Source: Ascidiella aspersa | Taxonomy: Eukaryota | Direction: 5' to 3' | Length of the DNA: 64,000 nt | Assembly: GCA_963924565.1 (NCBI GenBank) | Contig: OZ004610.1 | Coordinates: 6,448,001 to 6,512,000, forward strand | Shown: positions 1 through 11,286 of the stretch, one piece after another | Position numbering within the stretch: position 1 is the first letter of the stretch | Layout of the letters: every line of letters begins with the position of its first letter | Notes under the pieces: generated by a model | Database searches by the model: none | What the model saw: only the letters and a program-made list of their open reading frames with translations | Told to the model about the DNA's origin: nothing | Translations under genes and position numbers: made by a program

Positions 1-3000
1 TTGTGACTGGCGAAACCGACCGTGGCAAAAAACTTCTGGAAACTCTCTTGGGCTTTACTCGCCTTCTTCAAGAATGTCTTCCCGTGTGTGAATCTTTCTT
101 GTTTAAGTGAGTATTCTTTACAACAGTTTCAAAGCAGTATAAAAAATGGGTATGTGACTCTACAGCGACTGAAATACCAAGCATAAAAAAACAGCAAAGC
201 TTTGGCGACTCAATTAATTATCTTAACTGATTTTTTTTTAAATAAACATAACATAAGACAAATAGCATAAATTAATTCAAACTAAACTAATTTGAGCCAT
301 GTCTTTGTATTTCATTATCAATTTGTTAAAATTTTATCGAAATCTTTCTCTTGATGGATCGTAATAAATCTAACTGTTTGAACTGCTGCAGTCAGCGAGC
401 CAACCAAATTAAACTGCGACCAACAGATTGAGAAACACTGGTGTATAGCTTTGTATAACCTTTTTTTATGTGCAGGTATTTGTGTATGTGGAACGGAAGT
501 GACTACAGGACGCAGGTTATGAAACTTATCACAACTCTGAGGTTCCTCCCGTACCAAGGTATGCCTAAATCTTGTTTAACAATATGAAAAAATTATGTCG
601 AATTCAGGTATTTTTAAATTGGGGTCTGTGGACTAGTTTTGAGGTCCTTGAGGGCCTGATAAAAAGATAAGTTTATGATTTAAAAGGAGTTTTGAAAAAA
701 AAATGTAATTTATCGAGTTTAAAAAAATCAAATTTAAAATAATTAAAATCTAATTTCATCTATTTAGACTCCTCCGTTATATTTAATAAAAAAGCAGGTT
801 TGTTAAGTGTACTTGCTTTATGGCGCCATTTATTAAAAATTCGTGCCGACTCTATCCAAACATATTTAGGGGTTTGGGTTGAAAAACGTTTAATAATAAT
901 CTTTTTGCAATGGAATGCAGGGCTGCGGAGTCGGTTAAAAAAAAAACGAGTCCGACTCCGGCCAAAAAAATACACCCGAGTCCCGAGTCCGACTCCGGCC
1001 AAATGTAAGATTTTGTCGAGTCCCGAGTCCAGCTCTGACTCTACAGCCTGTATTTTACCCATTTACGCAACTAAATTAAGGTGGATTTTCTGCAATCCAC
1101 TCATCGGTGTTATAATCGACCCACCCGTATCATGGTTTAAAAATATTTCACCATTTGCTATTACACTTTTACAACTTATTTTGCCGCCTTAACAGTGTTA
1201 AATTTGATACTGCGCATGCACATGTCGGGCTCGTGTAGTTTTACGCGGTCTTACTCGGGTCCCGAGTCCGACTCCGACTCCGCAGCCCTGATGGAGTATC
1301 AAATCAACTTTTTATTTCCATATATCCCCCATACAGAAATCTCCTAGATCCAGAATTTATACCTATTTTTTTGGCAGTGTTGTATGACTTTGTGCTGTCG
1401 CCACTTTACAAGCTCTATACGTTCTCACCAAGCGTGTACTTTAAAGTAAGTGTTTGACAATTGTTTATCTGCAACTAAAATGGTTGTTTTTGGTTAATTC
1501 TGTTTAAGTTATTTTTTATTTAAAAAAAACAAAGTAACAGTATCTGATCGAATCGCGATAATTTTTGTCTAAAACATCGGGTATCGGTATCGGGTTTAAA
1601 GCAAAGTATTAAACATTCCTGAACTTACTAAAAAAAGGCGGAAAAAATCAACAAAGTCCCTCGCAAAATGTTCTTTTTCGTTTCTGGGCATAGACCACCC
1701 CAACTGAATTGTCAGTAATTACTAGTCAAAAAGAAAAAAAGGTAAAGAATATCTAACGCGAGGCAGAGTTTTTGTGTTTATTTTGACAGTGTTCGGTTGT
1801 TGCCATTCTATCCCAACTTCTCTCCAACTACCTCAGCTTCGAAATAAACAAGCACGAGCGCCTGCTATCGATGCAGAATGAAGGAATAGCGACAAGTGAA
1901 ATCAGGTGCGAGTTTTTGTTTTGCCGGCAAAACTTTAGCGTTGTCCTGTACTCCGTATCTTGGTGTTTTTACTCCGATATTTTTTGCAACCAGTTCAGTC
2001 CAGTACCAATTACGTCGTCATCTCAAGCCTGTCAGCATGACGTTAAATTGAAGTTCACTTTCTTTGCAGGCTTTCGTTCGTGTCTGTTGAAGCAGAGCCG
2101 ATCGACGTGGTGGAGACTGTGAGCGGATTGGTTCGCTTCGTCGGCAGACTTTGTGAAGATGGCTTGCAGGTCGAAGGAAATCACCTCTCCCTTCACTACC
2201 ACTCTCTCCGCTTTTACACGCAAGTCAGACTTTAGAATTTTATTTTTTTATTTATCCCACCTGTGTTGTTTTTTCACATTCAGTTTACGAAATAAACCTG
2301 TTTCAATTGTGCTGTTTCTATATTATATATTTATAAGGGATCTCGACATGTTTAACTAAAATATGTTTCTATGATAACAAAATCTAGCAACGTAAGGTAT
2401 AATAAAGTAAAAAATAACTTTAAATACATCCCTGCTTTCGGGCATGCCTTTATCTATGTGTCCAAAATGCGCCGTGGTTGTGGAAAAAACTATTGTTTTG
2501 TGTTTTGTTGTCACCTGTTTGTCACATATGTTTTAGAGTAGGGGTTCTTAAACTGGGGTCCATGGACCCCCTGGGGGTCCGTGAACTAGTTTTAGGGGGT
2601 CCATGAAGGCCTAGTTAAAAAACTAGTGTATACTTATAGTTTCTCCATTTAGCTTTCGCATTTTTCAGACTGAAGTAACAGAGTCATGAAGTCTATTTGT
2701 TTTGTGACGTCAATTTACGTCCTTTTTGAGCATTTCTTGTCTGCCGGGGTCCATGCAAAGCAAAAAAAAAAATTTAGGGGTCCGCGGTAAAAAAAGTTTA
2801 AGAACCCCTGTTTTAGAGTCTTCTTACAGCTATATCTTTACTGCCATATACTAGCGTTGGAATGACTTGACTTGTGCTTAAGTCATTGAGTCAAATTACT
2901 TGAGTGTTTTCATTTGACTTTTTATTATTAAAATTGAGCTATTTGTCTCATTTTGTGCACTTAAAACGATTATATTGCTACGTGTTGTTTTAGTTAAGTT

Positions 3001-6000
3001 ACAGCTCATAATCGAAGGAGTTTTTCAAATTTAATTGTTTTATTTTTACATCAGTTACTGACTTGGTTGACCTGCTCTTATAATGACTTGGACTGGGACT
3101 TTTTTTTAAAAGACCTGCCTTGCACTTATTTCACAAATGACTTGACTGGAACTTAAAAACTGACTTGTTTACAACACTGCCATAGACTTACTGTTAAACT
3201 TCAAATTTTTTTATAGACAAACCCAATTTTGCCTATCGTACCACGTTTGCTTTCCCAACTTAAAGTGTTTAGATTTGGTGCATCATACCAAATGTCCTAC
3301 AAGCAATTATGGTGGTATTTCATTGCAGGTCAGTCGCATCTACTTGGACTACGCGCGTCCGATAGTCGTTTTACCACCCAAGTCTCTCTTCCGCAAGTCC
3401 ATGTTCTCACTAAATTCCCAGCTCGTGGCGTCCTTCACCCGAATACTGTTCAAGTGAGTGATATTTATGTGATTGACCAGCAAAAGTCTTCTAGCATTGG
3501 TGTTAGTTCTGTATAAAACTTTGCTGTCAAACTCAAGTCTTACCGAGAAACGCATGAGGTAATTTGAGTACGTCATCGGACCGCACCAACATAACTAAGA
3601 AACAATTTAACTGTTGATAAAGTGTAGGTTATAATCAATTATATTAATTGTATCTGCACTATCTTGATTTAAGATATGTTCCCAGTGAGTCGTTTTAGCA
3701 GCTTTCGTATGTAGCAGTATTTAGCACACATAGGCGCCCACTTGAATTTTAATGTTTTCAAGCGATTTTTTTTAACTTTTCAAGCAAAAATCATTTTTGT
3801 TTTTAAAAGTTCAAGTCGGCTGCACCTAATTTGTCCAAGGGCGAGCTGGCACTTTGACACCCTTGATATAAATACCACCTGCTCGTAAAAAAATTGAATT
3901 CCAATAGGCTGTATCACTAAGTAAAATGTTTTGTATAAAAACGAAAAGACCAAACATTTAAAAAAATTCGCAGTCCATCTTGAATTGTTGTATCGTATGT
4001 AACATGCAATGAAGAATATGTATTTTCTAATTTATCGTTACTTGGGTATATATATTTTTTATGCTCATCTCTTTATTTATAACTGTGAAATGCAGTAAGC
4101 CGCTCAAATATTGTAAATCTGTTTTTGAATATTTTTACCTTGCCATTTCCAGTTACCGTAGTTCGATCGAAGAAATGAAGAAAGCAAACGTCATCAACGT
4201 ATCTCATCAGGAAGGAATCAATCACATCAACCAGTGAGATAATTTTTTCTGGTACACTTTAAGATAGAATTGTCCGTAGCGCTAATAAAAAAACTCCTAG
4301 CTAGGCCACATTGTATGAATTTGCCTGCGACTTTCCCTGAAAATTTGGTTCGCTGCCGTTAAAATATTGAGAATGACAGAATACAATACACGGTCAGTTA
4401 GGAAGCCAAAATAAAATAACTGTTTGTCGAATTATGACTCGTATGGCGAAGAAGATGGTCCGGTATAATATATTTTAATCGTTGTTAGGATTCTCTTAAC
4501 TTTGTGCTTTAATTATTATATTCTAAATTTTGTACATTTGTGTTTAAATGCATTGGACATTATTATAACGAAATATTCCGATAAGTTTGGCATGTTTATT
4601 AGTAAAACAAAAACAACGCCATATGACAAAAAAAAATAAAAAAAATAACCAGTTAATGCATGCAAAATGGCGACGTATTTTGTTTAACTGCCATAGTCAC
4701 TTGGTCAGTTTATGCCTCAGACCAGTATGATACCGAGCAGTAAAACTAAGTTAATTAAACCATTTGTTCAAGTGTCGCAAACCAAGTGTTTTGTCAGGTT
4801 TCTTTTGGACTGTTATGACACCTTGTGGCGGCGCCGGTCCTTTCACCCCCACTGTCAGGGGGACTCGGTTCTCTTCCAGGGCCTAGACTCGGCGGAAGTG
4901 GACAAATTTATCAGCAACTTGACACAGCTGCCTTCCAACTGGATGTTCTCAGTCGACAGGTGTAAAGGATCTTCATTTTGTCACGGCCCTTAATTCAGTG
5001 GTTCTTAAACCTTTGCTAACCTGTTGAATCCCTATGTTATTCTACAAGCGTTCGTCGAACCCCAAATTTTCGCTCAGCATTCTTTTCTTCCTCCTAGCAG
5101 CTGAAACTGGGCATATTCAAATTATAAACTTTCATTTATATAGGTTAAATTGGCCAAACTTCAAATTAATAGCGTTACATGACACCTTGGCATATCAAAG
5201 AGATTCAAATTTAGTTCTCGCCTAACCCTCAAACAGCTGATAACTTTACAAACGGACCTTTAAAGCCGTGTTTCTCAGCTTTTTTTTTGCGTCGACCCAG
5301 TCACCCAAATACTAATCGTAAAAGTTTATTAGCGAAGTTTTATCGACCCAGTTTTCTTCACTGAACATTCAAGTGAACCAAGCAGAAAAATGCCGGGGAT
5401 AATGTGAATTTTAAATTTGATATGTTGCCGTGTGGATCGTTTCATGAAAATATATCTTGCTTTTGTTTTACAAGTAAAGTGCTTTTCTCGTTTGTAACTT
5501 TTGTTGTTCGTAATTTTTATTGCAGGCACCCTGCCTTTGTCTTCCACGCATCTGAATACCTTCTCGCGTCCGGTCGTTCGGCATCGGAAGCATTAAGCGG
5601 AGAGGTTGGGCCAATGTGTAGAAATTATGGCTGCGGAGTCGGTTGATTTCGTCAAGTCCCGATTCCGGCCCTGACTCTACAGAGTCTACAGCCATTTTGC
5701 CAAATAACGTAACTAAAATAACGTGGATAATCAGCAATCCACTTATAGGGGTGTCGTACAATTCATTCACTCACAATACACGGTTGGAAAATTTTCCACA
5801 ATATGCTATTCCGCCTTTTAATTTCATACCAGTTTAAAAATTTGGTACGTCGGACTCGGGACTCGGGTAGTTTTACGTGGTCCAAAATCCGACTCCAGCA
5901 AAACAAACCGACTCCTCGAGTCCCGAATCCGACTCCACAGCTCTGGTAGAAACATTACAGAAAACTGAAATGTTCGGTTAAATCTGATATTGAATTAAAA

Positions 6001-6758
6001 TTTACCAATCAGCACCCGCCCGGAAATACTTCGCTCGCCAAAATTGACGGGCGCCGACTGCCTATCACCACTGATTTGACTTAACGTTCTTGTTTGATGC
6101 GTTTACGTTGTTCTAAAAAAAACAAGTCGCATTGGGAGCGGGAGAGTGCAAAATCAACCATGATTTATAACTTGGAACATATAATTACAACCCGTGCTTA
6201 TACACGCGCTTGGCGTTATTCACGATAACTGGCCTCTTTAGTTTGTTGAAGTTTTTATCTGGTAACTTGTATGCATGGGAAATCAGTTTTTAATAGAGAA
6301 AACAAAAATGGATCTCCTTAAAAAAAATTAAAATTTACAGTAGATTTCTGCGGTTTACACAATACACAATAAAAAAGCTTGACTGTAGGTATAATAGTCA
6401 ACAGGTACAAGGCCCTGTAATATTTCACGTCATTCAAAAAAACAAGCCATATCGGTAGTCAATAGTTTGAAAGAAGTGGTAAGATAATCAATAGTGTTGA
6501 TTAGTCAACTTCTACACCGTATATTTTCTATTGGTTTGTGTTTAAGCTCGCACCATATTTATCATGTTTTGTAGTCTTTGTTTGTTATAAAAGGACATGT
6601 TATGTTATGAGGGAAATTTTAACCTTATCTTGGCAAATAACAATCGATATTTTAACCGGTTACAGTTTGTACTGGAGGAAGGTTTTATGAAACACCTTGC
6701 CACTAAAGGTTTAAGTGACGTCACAGACCTCATTGAACGTCTCCGATCTGCGACGTGA
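1..6758 (+). CDS. CENPI: Centromere protein I (CENP-I/Mis6), 3' portion; 5' end lies outside the window
   Basis: Ten GT-AG exons in phase: <1-106, 476-558, 1378-1445, 1790-1905, 2070-2223, 3329-3453, 4153-4233, 4798-4959, 5526-5604, 6666-6758(TGA). The translation (LQECLPVCESFLFKYLCMWNG...VYFKCSVVAILSQLL...LRFYTQVSRIYLDYARPIVVLPP...HPAFVFHA) is collinear with the vertebrate CENP-I C-terminal half as I recall it (LQEGFYSCEAFLYKSLPLWDG, IYFKCSVLQSL, LDFYEKVCDIYINYNLPLVVLFPP, HHPSFLSYA). The ORF track misses it because the exons are short. Confidence 0.88.
918..1290. mobile_element. Non-autonomous TIR element (MITE) with GAGTC(C/G) subterminal repeats
   Basis: TIR CAGGGCTGCGGAGTCGG...CCGACTCCGCAGCCCTG; flanks atggaatg/atggagta are a partial TSD; related copy at about 5629-5946. 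Confidence 0.8.
2539..2810. mobile_element. hAT-type MITE (family A, (C/T)AGGGGTTCTTAAAC termini)
   Basis: TIR TAGGGGTTCTTAAAC...GTTTAAGAACCCCTG with a perfect 8-bp TSD ttttagag (2531-2538 / 2811-2818). Confidence 0.9.
2852..3179. mobile_element. hAT-type MITE (family B, TGACT/AAGTC-rich)
   Basis: Ends ...TGACTTGTTTACAACACTG, many TGACT pentamers, TSD ccatatac/ccatagac (7/8). Other copies at about 21820-22250, 26903-27280, 30280-30653, 34790-35375, 38215-38590 and 63073-63491. Confidence 0.8.
5629..5946. mobile_element. MITE related to 918-1290, in a CENPI intron
   Basis: GGCTGCGGAGTCGG...GACTCCACAGCTCTG termini; internal sequence is shared with 918-1290. Confidence 0.7.
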
Positions 6759-8270
6759 CGTCATCTGTTTTTCAGTCACTGCATGAACGTAACAAGGTAA
6801 TAACAGTAATGTACTTCATATTTGTGTCATGAAATCTTAACACGGGGCTTAGGTCCGCGAACCCTGGGGATCCTTGAGAAAACTTTAATGGTTCAGGGAA
6901 ATAATGAAAGATACACACACATACGTCGCTTTACCAACTGAGCCACCCAAGATCAGAGAGGAGCAAGTCGAGAAACAACCATAAATCAATGCTTGCTACA
7001 TTCTGTTAGCACATGCAACTTCAAATTGAAGGGGATCTACACTACAGTACCATATCATTCAATAAAGGATGCACACATGTCACACATATGTCTGTTTTAG
7101 ATCTACACATATGTCTGTTTTAGATCTTGAAAAAGCCTATTATACTGTGATAAGTTTTTGACTTTATTTAAACGGCAGCTTAAGTTTACTTAAAACTGTT
7201 TATTATCGTGTTTACCATGGCATGTATATTGTTTTGATTTCGAATTATATTTAGCACATCTCTCCTGGTGTAAATTTAGATCTTTAAAAACCATTTTTTA
7301 AAGTCAATTTATTTCATTATATTGTGTGCCTGTACAAACAAATTATTTTTAAAGTTAGGCCACTTTGATTAGGGGTATCAAGTTATTAAAATAACTCAGC
7401 CTTATAGACACACCCACATGACGGCAAGGACGAATCTTGAGACCCCTTTTGTACGCAGATCAATGTGGTTGGCTCGGCTCCTGTGATATTTTGTTTAGGA
7501 TATAGGCTACAAAGTTCATACATGGCCGAAATTTTTTTTCGTGACATTGCAACCCACTCTTATAGGATTTATAATTGGGGGCGTCTAGCAATCCCCTCGT
7601 TTTTTTCTGAACTTTTGAAAACTGGCAATCGCCAATCTTATTTTTTGATTTTGCAGGATGACTCTACTTTAATGAGGCAAGCACCGACCGGGGTTGAACA
7701 TGGTACAATTGGTACATGCCGAGAACGAGTAACTTCTGTGGTTTCGCTGCGCATCGTCACACTTTTCTATTTCAATAAAATAAATAAGAAAAAAATATAT
7801 ATTTCACTCAAAGCTAGTGGTTTTATATAGGTTTTTGTAAGCCCCTGGATAAAAATTTAAGATAGGTAGCAGTATGGAACCGAAACGCCTTGAGTTATGA
7901 TATTCTAGTTGCGGTTTAGCCTTGTCGTTGTCTGGTCTAGTTATTGGACCAGAAAATATTATAACGATGGATTTCTAATTGGTTAAAAAATCACTACAAA
8001 TGTAATAGGTAAATTTCAAAACTTGTACTTCAAAGAACGAAGCATTGCGATTAACAATTTTCTGTCTTCTAATGCTCTGGTGTGTTTTAAGTGTTCTTAT
8101 TTACGATTTCAGCGGAATCGCAACTCCAATCGTAATACAGTGGTTCTCAACCATATCGAGTCGCTTCGATGCAAGTAAAGGGCGACAGGGTTTAACAAGT
8201 CTATGCATTTCAACCGGAACCGAAAGCCATTACAGACACCGAATCCAAAAAAGTCAGGCTAAAAACAACT

Positions 8271-8346
8271 AGCCTGCAGTGAGGTTCGAACTCGCGACCT
8301 CCGGCCATACCGGGACATTAGCTCTTTCAATTGAGCTTCACAGGCT
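8271..8346 (-). pseudogene. tRNA-like sequence (tRNA pseudogene or SINE head)
   Basis: Minus strand AGCCTGTGAAGCTCAATTGAAAGAGC...AGGTCGCGAGTTCGAACCTCACTGCAGGCT has an acceptor stem, a GCTC/GAGC D-stem, a B-box GTTCGAAC T-arm and a T5 terminator just downstream. The anticodon arm is non-canonical. Confidence 0.7.
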
Positions 8347-8401
8347 CCGAGAGAAGCAAGTCGAGTGTCAACCATACGTCGTTAGCTACATTCTGTTAGT
8401 A

Positions 8402-8798
8402 CAGTGCTATTCAACCCGTGGGATGGTACGCACAAAAAAATTGTACTGTGGAAGACCAAACGTAGTGCGGATAAAAATGTTGCATGTTATTGTTTTTTAT
8501 TAAGTGTAATACAGTAATCAAATAAGCTGGTGCGCCCACTTATGCGTTACAGGTACAGTAATATAGTCTCGTATATTAAAAAATATAATGTAGTCTCGTT
8601 TATTACTGCATTATTCATTGCAGTTAAAGCTATCTATTTTATAACGGTCAAGGCTCGCGGTTTCAATACACAAAACATTTCATTGTTATTTTACCAGTAA
8701 AACTAAAGGTTGCAATTTTACTACGCTTGTTTCCTGCGGATGAGAATTTTCCGAAATAAAAAAGTGCGAATGGAAATCGTAAAGGTTGAAAAGCACTG
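8402..8798. mobile_element. hAT-type MITE
   Basis: TIR CAGTGCTATTCAACC...GGTTGAAAAGCACTG with a perfect 8-bp TSD tgttagta (8394-8401 / 8799-8806). Confidence 0.9.
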
Positions 8799-10559
8799 TG
8801 TTAGTAGAAGCAACATCACACTAAAGGGGATCTACGCTGCCATATCATTTATTGAAAGTTACACACACATATGCGTTTAATGAAAACTGTGTTCTAGTCC
8901 TCTCTAAAAAACGCATTAGGTATTCGAATTATAATAATGGGGAGTTATACCGTGAGACCGCAATTGACTGCAATGACTTGGCGCGGGATAACACTCACAA
9001 AGAATGTTAGGGATTGCCCACTTAAGCAGGCTTCGCTAGCCGACTTCAAAGCCTTCCAAACTAAAACACTATCTTGGTTCGTTGAACGTTATGAGTGATT
9101 TCTTGATTGCACAAAGCATAGGGGACATTTCGGTGCTTTCGGCGTAGCCAGTTTTGGGGATTACGCTACTATTTGACAATGGCTATAAAATGATGGACGT
9201 CGAATTTCCCGTGCGTTTCAGCTGTTCTCATCCGATAAACGTTCTTCGGCCGCTGCATGTGCAAACAAATCTGCAACAGTTGTTGTCTAAATTGCGGTAT
9301 TACTCTCAAGTTTCTGATAATCACCTTATCTATATTAATTGTATCAAACGGCACTAACCAACACTGACTATGAGTCATGCTAGTTTGAAATGCACGTATA
9401 CAGCAAATGACTTTCGTACTGTGGTTGGCCTACTGCATTTATTTTCTAAAATGCACCCATTTGGCTTTAATAAAAGGTGACGCATAAAAGGATTTATTTT
9501 TATTGTAGCCTACTACCGTGATTGCAAAATATTTCTTTTCAAACTTCTCATAGGTCGTCATTTATTATTATGGCTTTGCATCATTAAAGCATAGATGAAA
9601 TTAACCAGCACACTTGTAGTTTCATGAAGTTAAACTTGCCGTGCTGCCACCAGAAACCAGGAAACCAAAGTAAACATATAGGCAGAATAAGAAAGAAATG
9701 GTCTAAAGTATATAGCTGTTTACTCGCCTGAAAATTTGAGTTATGCGAGATAAAATTTGAAGGAACCCAGAGAAAGCATTAATACAAAAATGGTTTTAAC
9801 AACTTTTCTCAAAGGACAAGCGCGGTTATTTATTAGGAAACGACCTTTCTACAAACAAATGTCACTCTTCTCTCTTCAGAGCTTGGTTAAAACAACCTTC
9901 AACATTACTTAAAAACGTTTTCAAAGTTTGCTGCCTGGGTGACAGTTTTAGTAATCAGGAAAACGAATCAAACCAACCGCTTTTTCGTTGAAAATGGCGA
10001 TGCTTAAACAAACTGCAAAAAAATTCGTCTGATTTAAATGGATCTAAACAATTTGCTAAATTACGTAAACCCTAGCGTATTTTTTTAGGAAAATGGAAGC
10101 TAACGTTTTGCTTGCGATTTCGAAAATAAAATTGTGAATCTAAAACACGGCAGGCGTGCGGCGAAAGAAACATTATAAATACTTAAACAGTAATTTAATT
10201 TATTTAAATTAAATAAAAAATAAATAAATGGACTGTCTACGGTAACATTTTGAATACCGGTACCAAAATTTGAACGAAAGAACCTAAACATAATTTCTTA
10301 CGCAATAGCAGTTGGCCAACTGTACTCCTAAATAAAAATTCGTTTTAAATATGTACGAAAACAGTAGAGCGAGCAGTATTAAACCAAGTGTTCTATTTGT
10401 TGGCGACGAGAAAGAATTTTCAACCTTTAAACATTTTTAAGACAATGTTAAGCCTCGGTAAGGTCGGCTTACGTTATTTTCAAGTCTAGTCATCGTATGC
10501 TACTGCTAACATCAATCAAAACGGCGCAGAAAGGAAGTTGCCACCCTAAATAACCTCGC

Positions 10560-11150
10560 GGTGCCTTGGTCCTTGCACGTTTGGCAAAAAATATCTTGGC
10601 CGTTTTAAGAGCCGGCTCCTAAACAAGCCAATTTTACCCTATATGTTCTATTGCTTGGTCAACAGACTGCATTGACACGTACACAACACTGACCGTCTCC
10701 ACTTTCCCACCATTTACTCAGTGTCATTAAACATAACGAGACCAAATAGATTTATTCTGGTGAGCGAAGTGGAAAATAACGGTCTCATCTTTCAAGAAAT
10801 TGAGCGCTTTAAACTAGCCTAGCATTTTCCCGGTAGCAGTTAAACCGTATGGCGATAGTCAGAAGTACGATGATAAGAAAGTTTGGTGGTTGTTATTATT
10901 TGGTGCGCTTTCAGAGATAGTTTTAATTTAATTGAGGGTCTTGTCAAGATAAATGCCATGTATGAACTGCAGTTTGTTTCGCGTTTTAGCCAAGCCATAT
11001 GTATCCTTTGCGCAGTGGCTGTTTATTTTGTTTGTGACAAGCGTAGGTTTAAAAGAGCAATTTCGCCTGAAGCGTATACTACAACAGGCAATTTTATTTT
11101 CAGGAAGGAATTTACGAGGCCATTTTACCATAGACTTAAACTTTTTTAAA
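10560..11150 (-). pseudogene. Probable highly decayed non-LTR retrotransposon RT C-terminal remnant
   Basis: Minus-strand peptide ...IHGIYLDKTLN resembles the LINE RT YLG(V/I)xLDRTL motif; the frame is broken. Boundaries are approximate. Confidence 0.35.
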
Positions 11151-11286
11151 GTCAACACTATTCACCTTACCAGAATACTTTAAATACTTATAGCAAAACT
11201 AGTTTAAAAAAACTGGCTTTGTTGTTGTTTACAGACACTGGCTATAGTAGCTACAAAGAAAATAAATATCCTTCTCTCTGCTTGAA

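Noticed and set aside
2032-2223. Minus-strand 63-aa ORF as a separate gene
   Set aside because: It is the antisense shadow of CENPI exon 2070-2223, and there is an in-frame stop after the nearest upstream acceptor.
8271-8346. Functional tRNA gene
   Set aside because: No canonical 5-bp anticodon stem with a 7-nt loop; the D-loop lacks GG; the T-stem has a mismatch.
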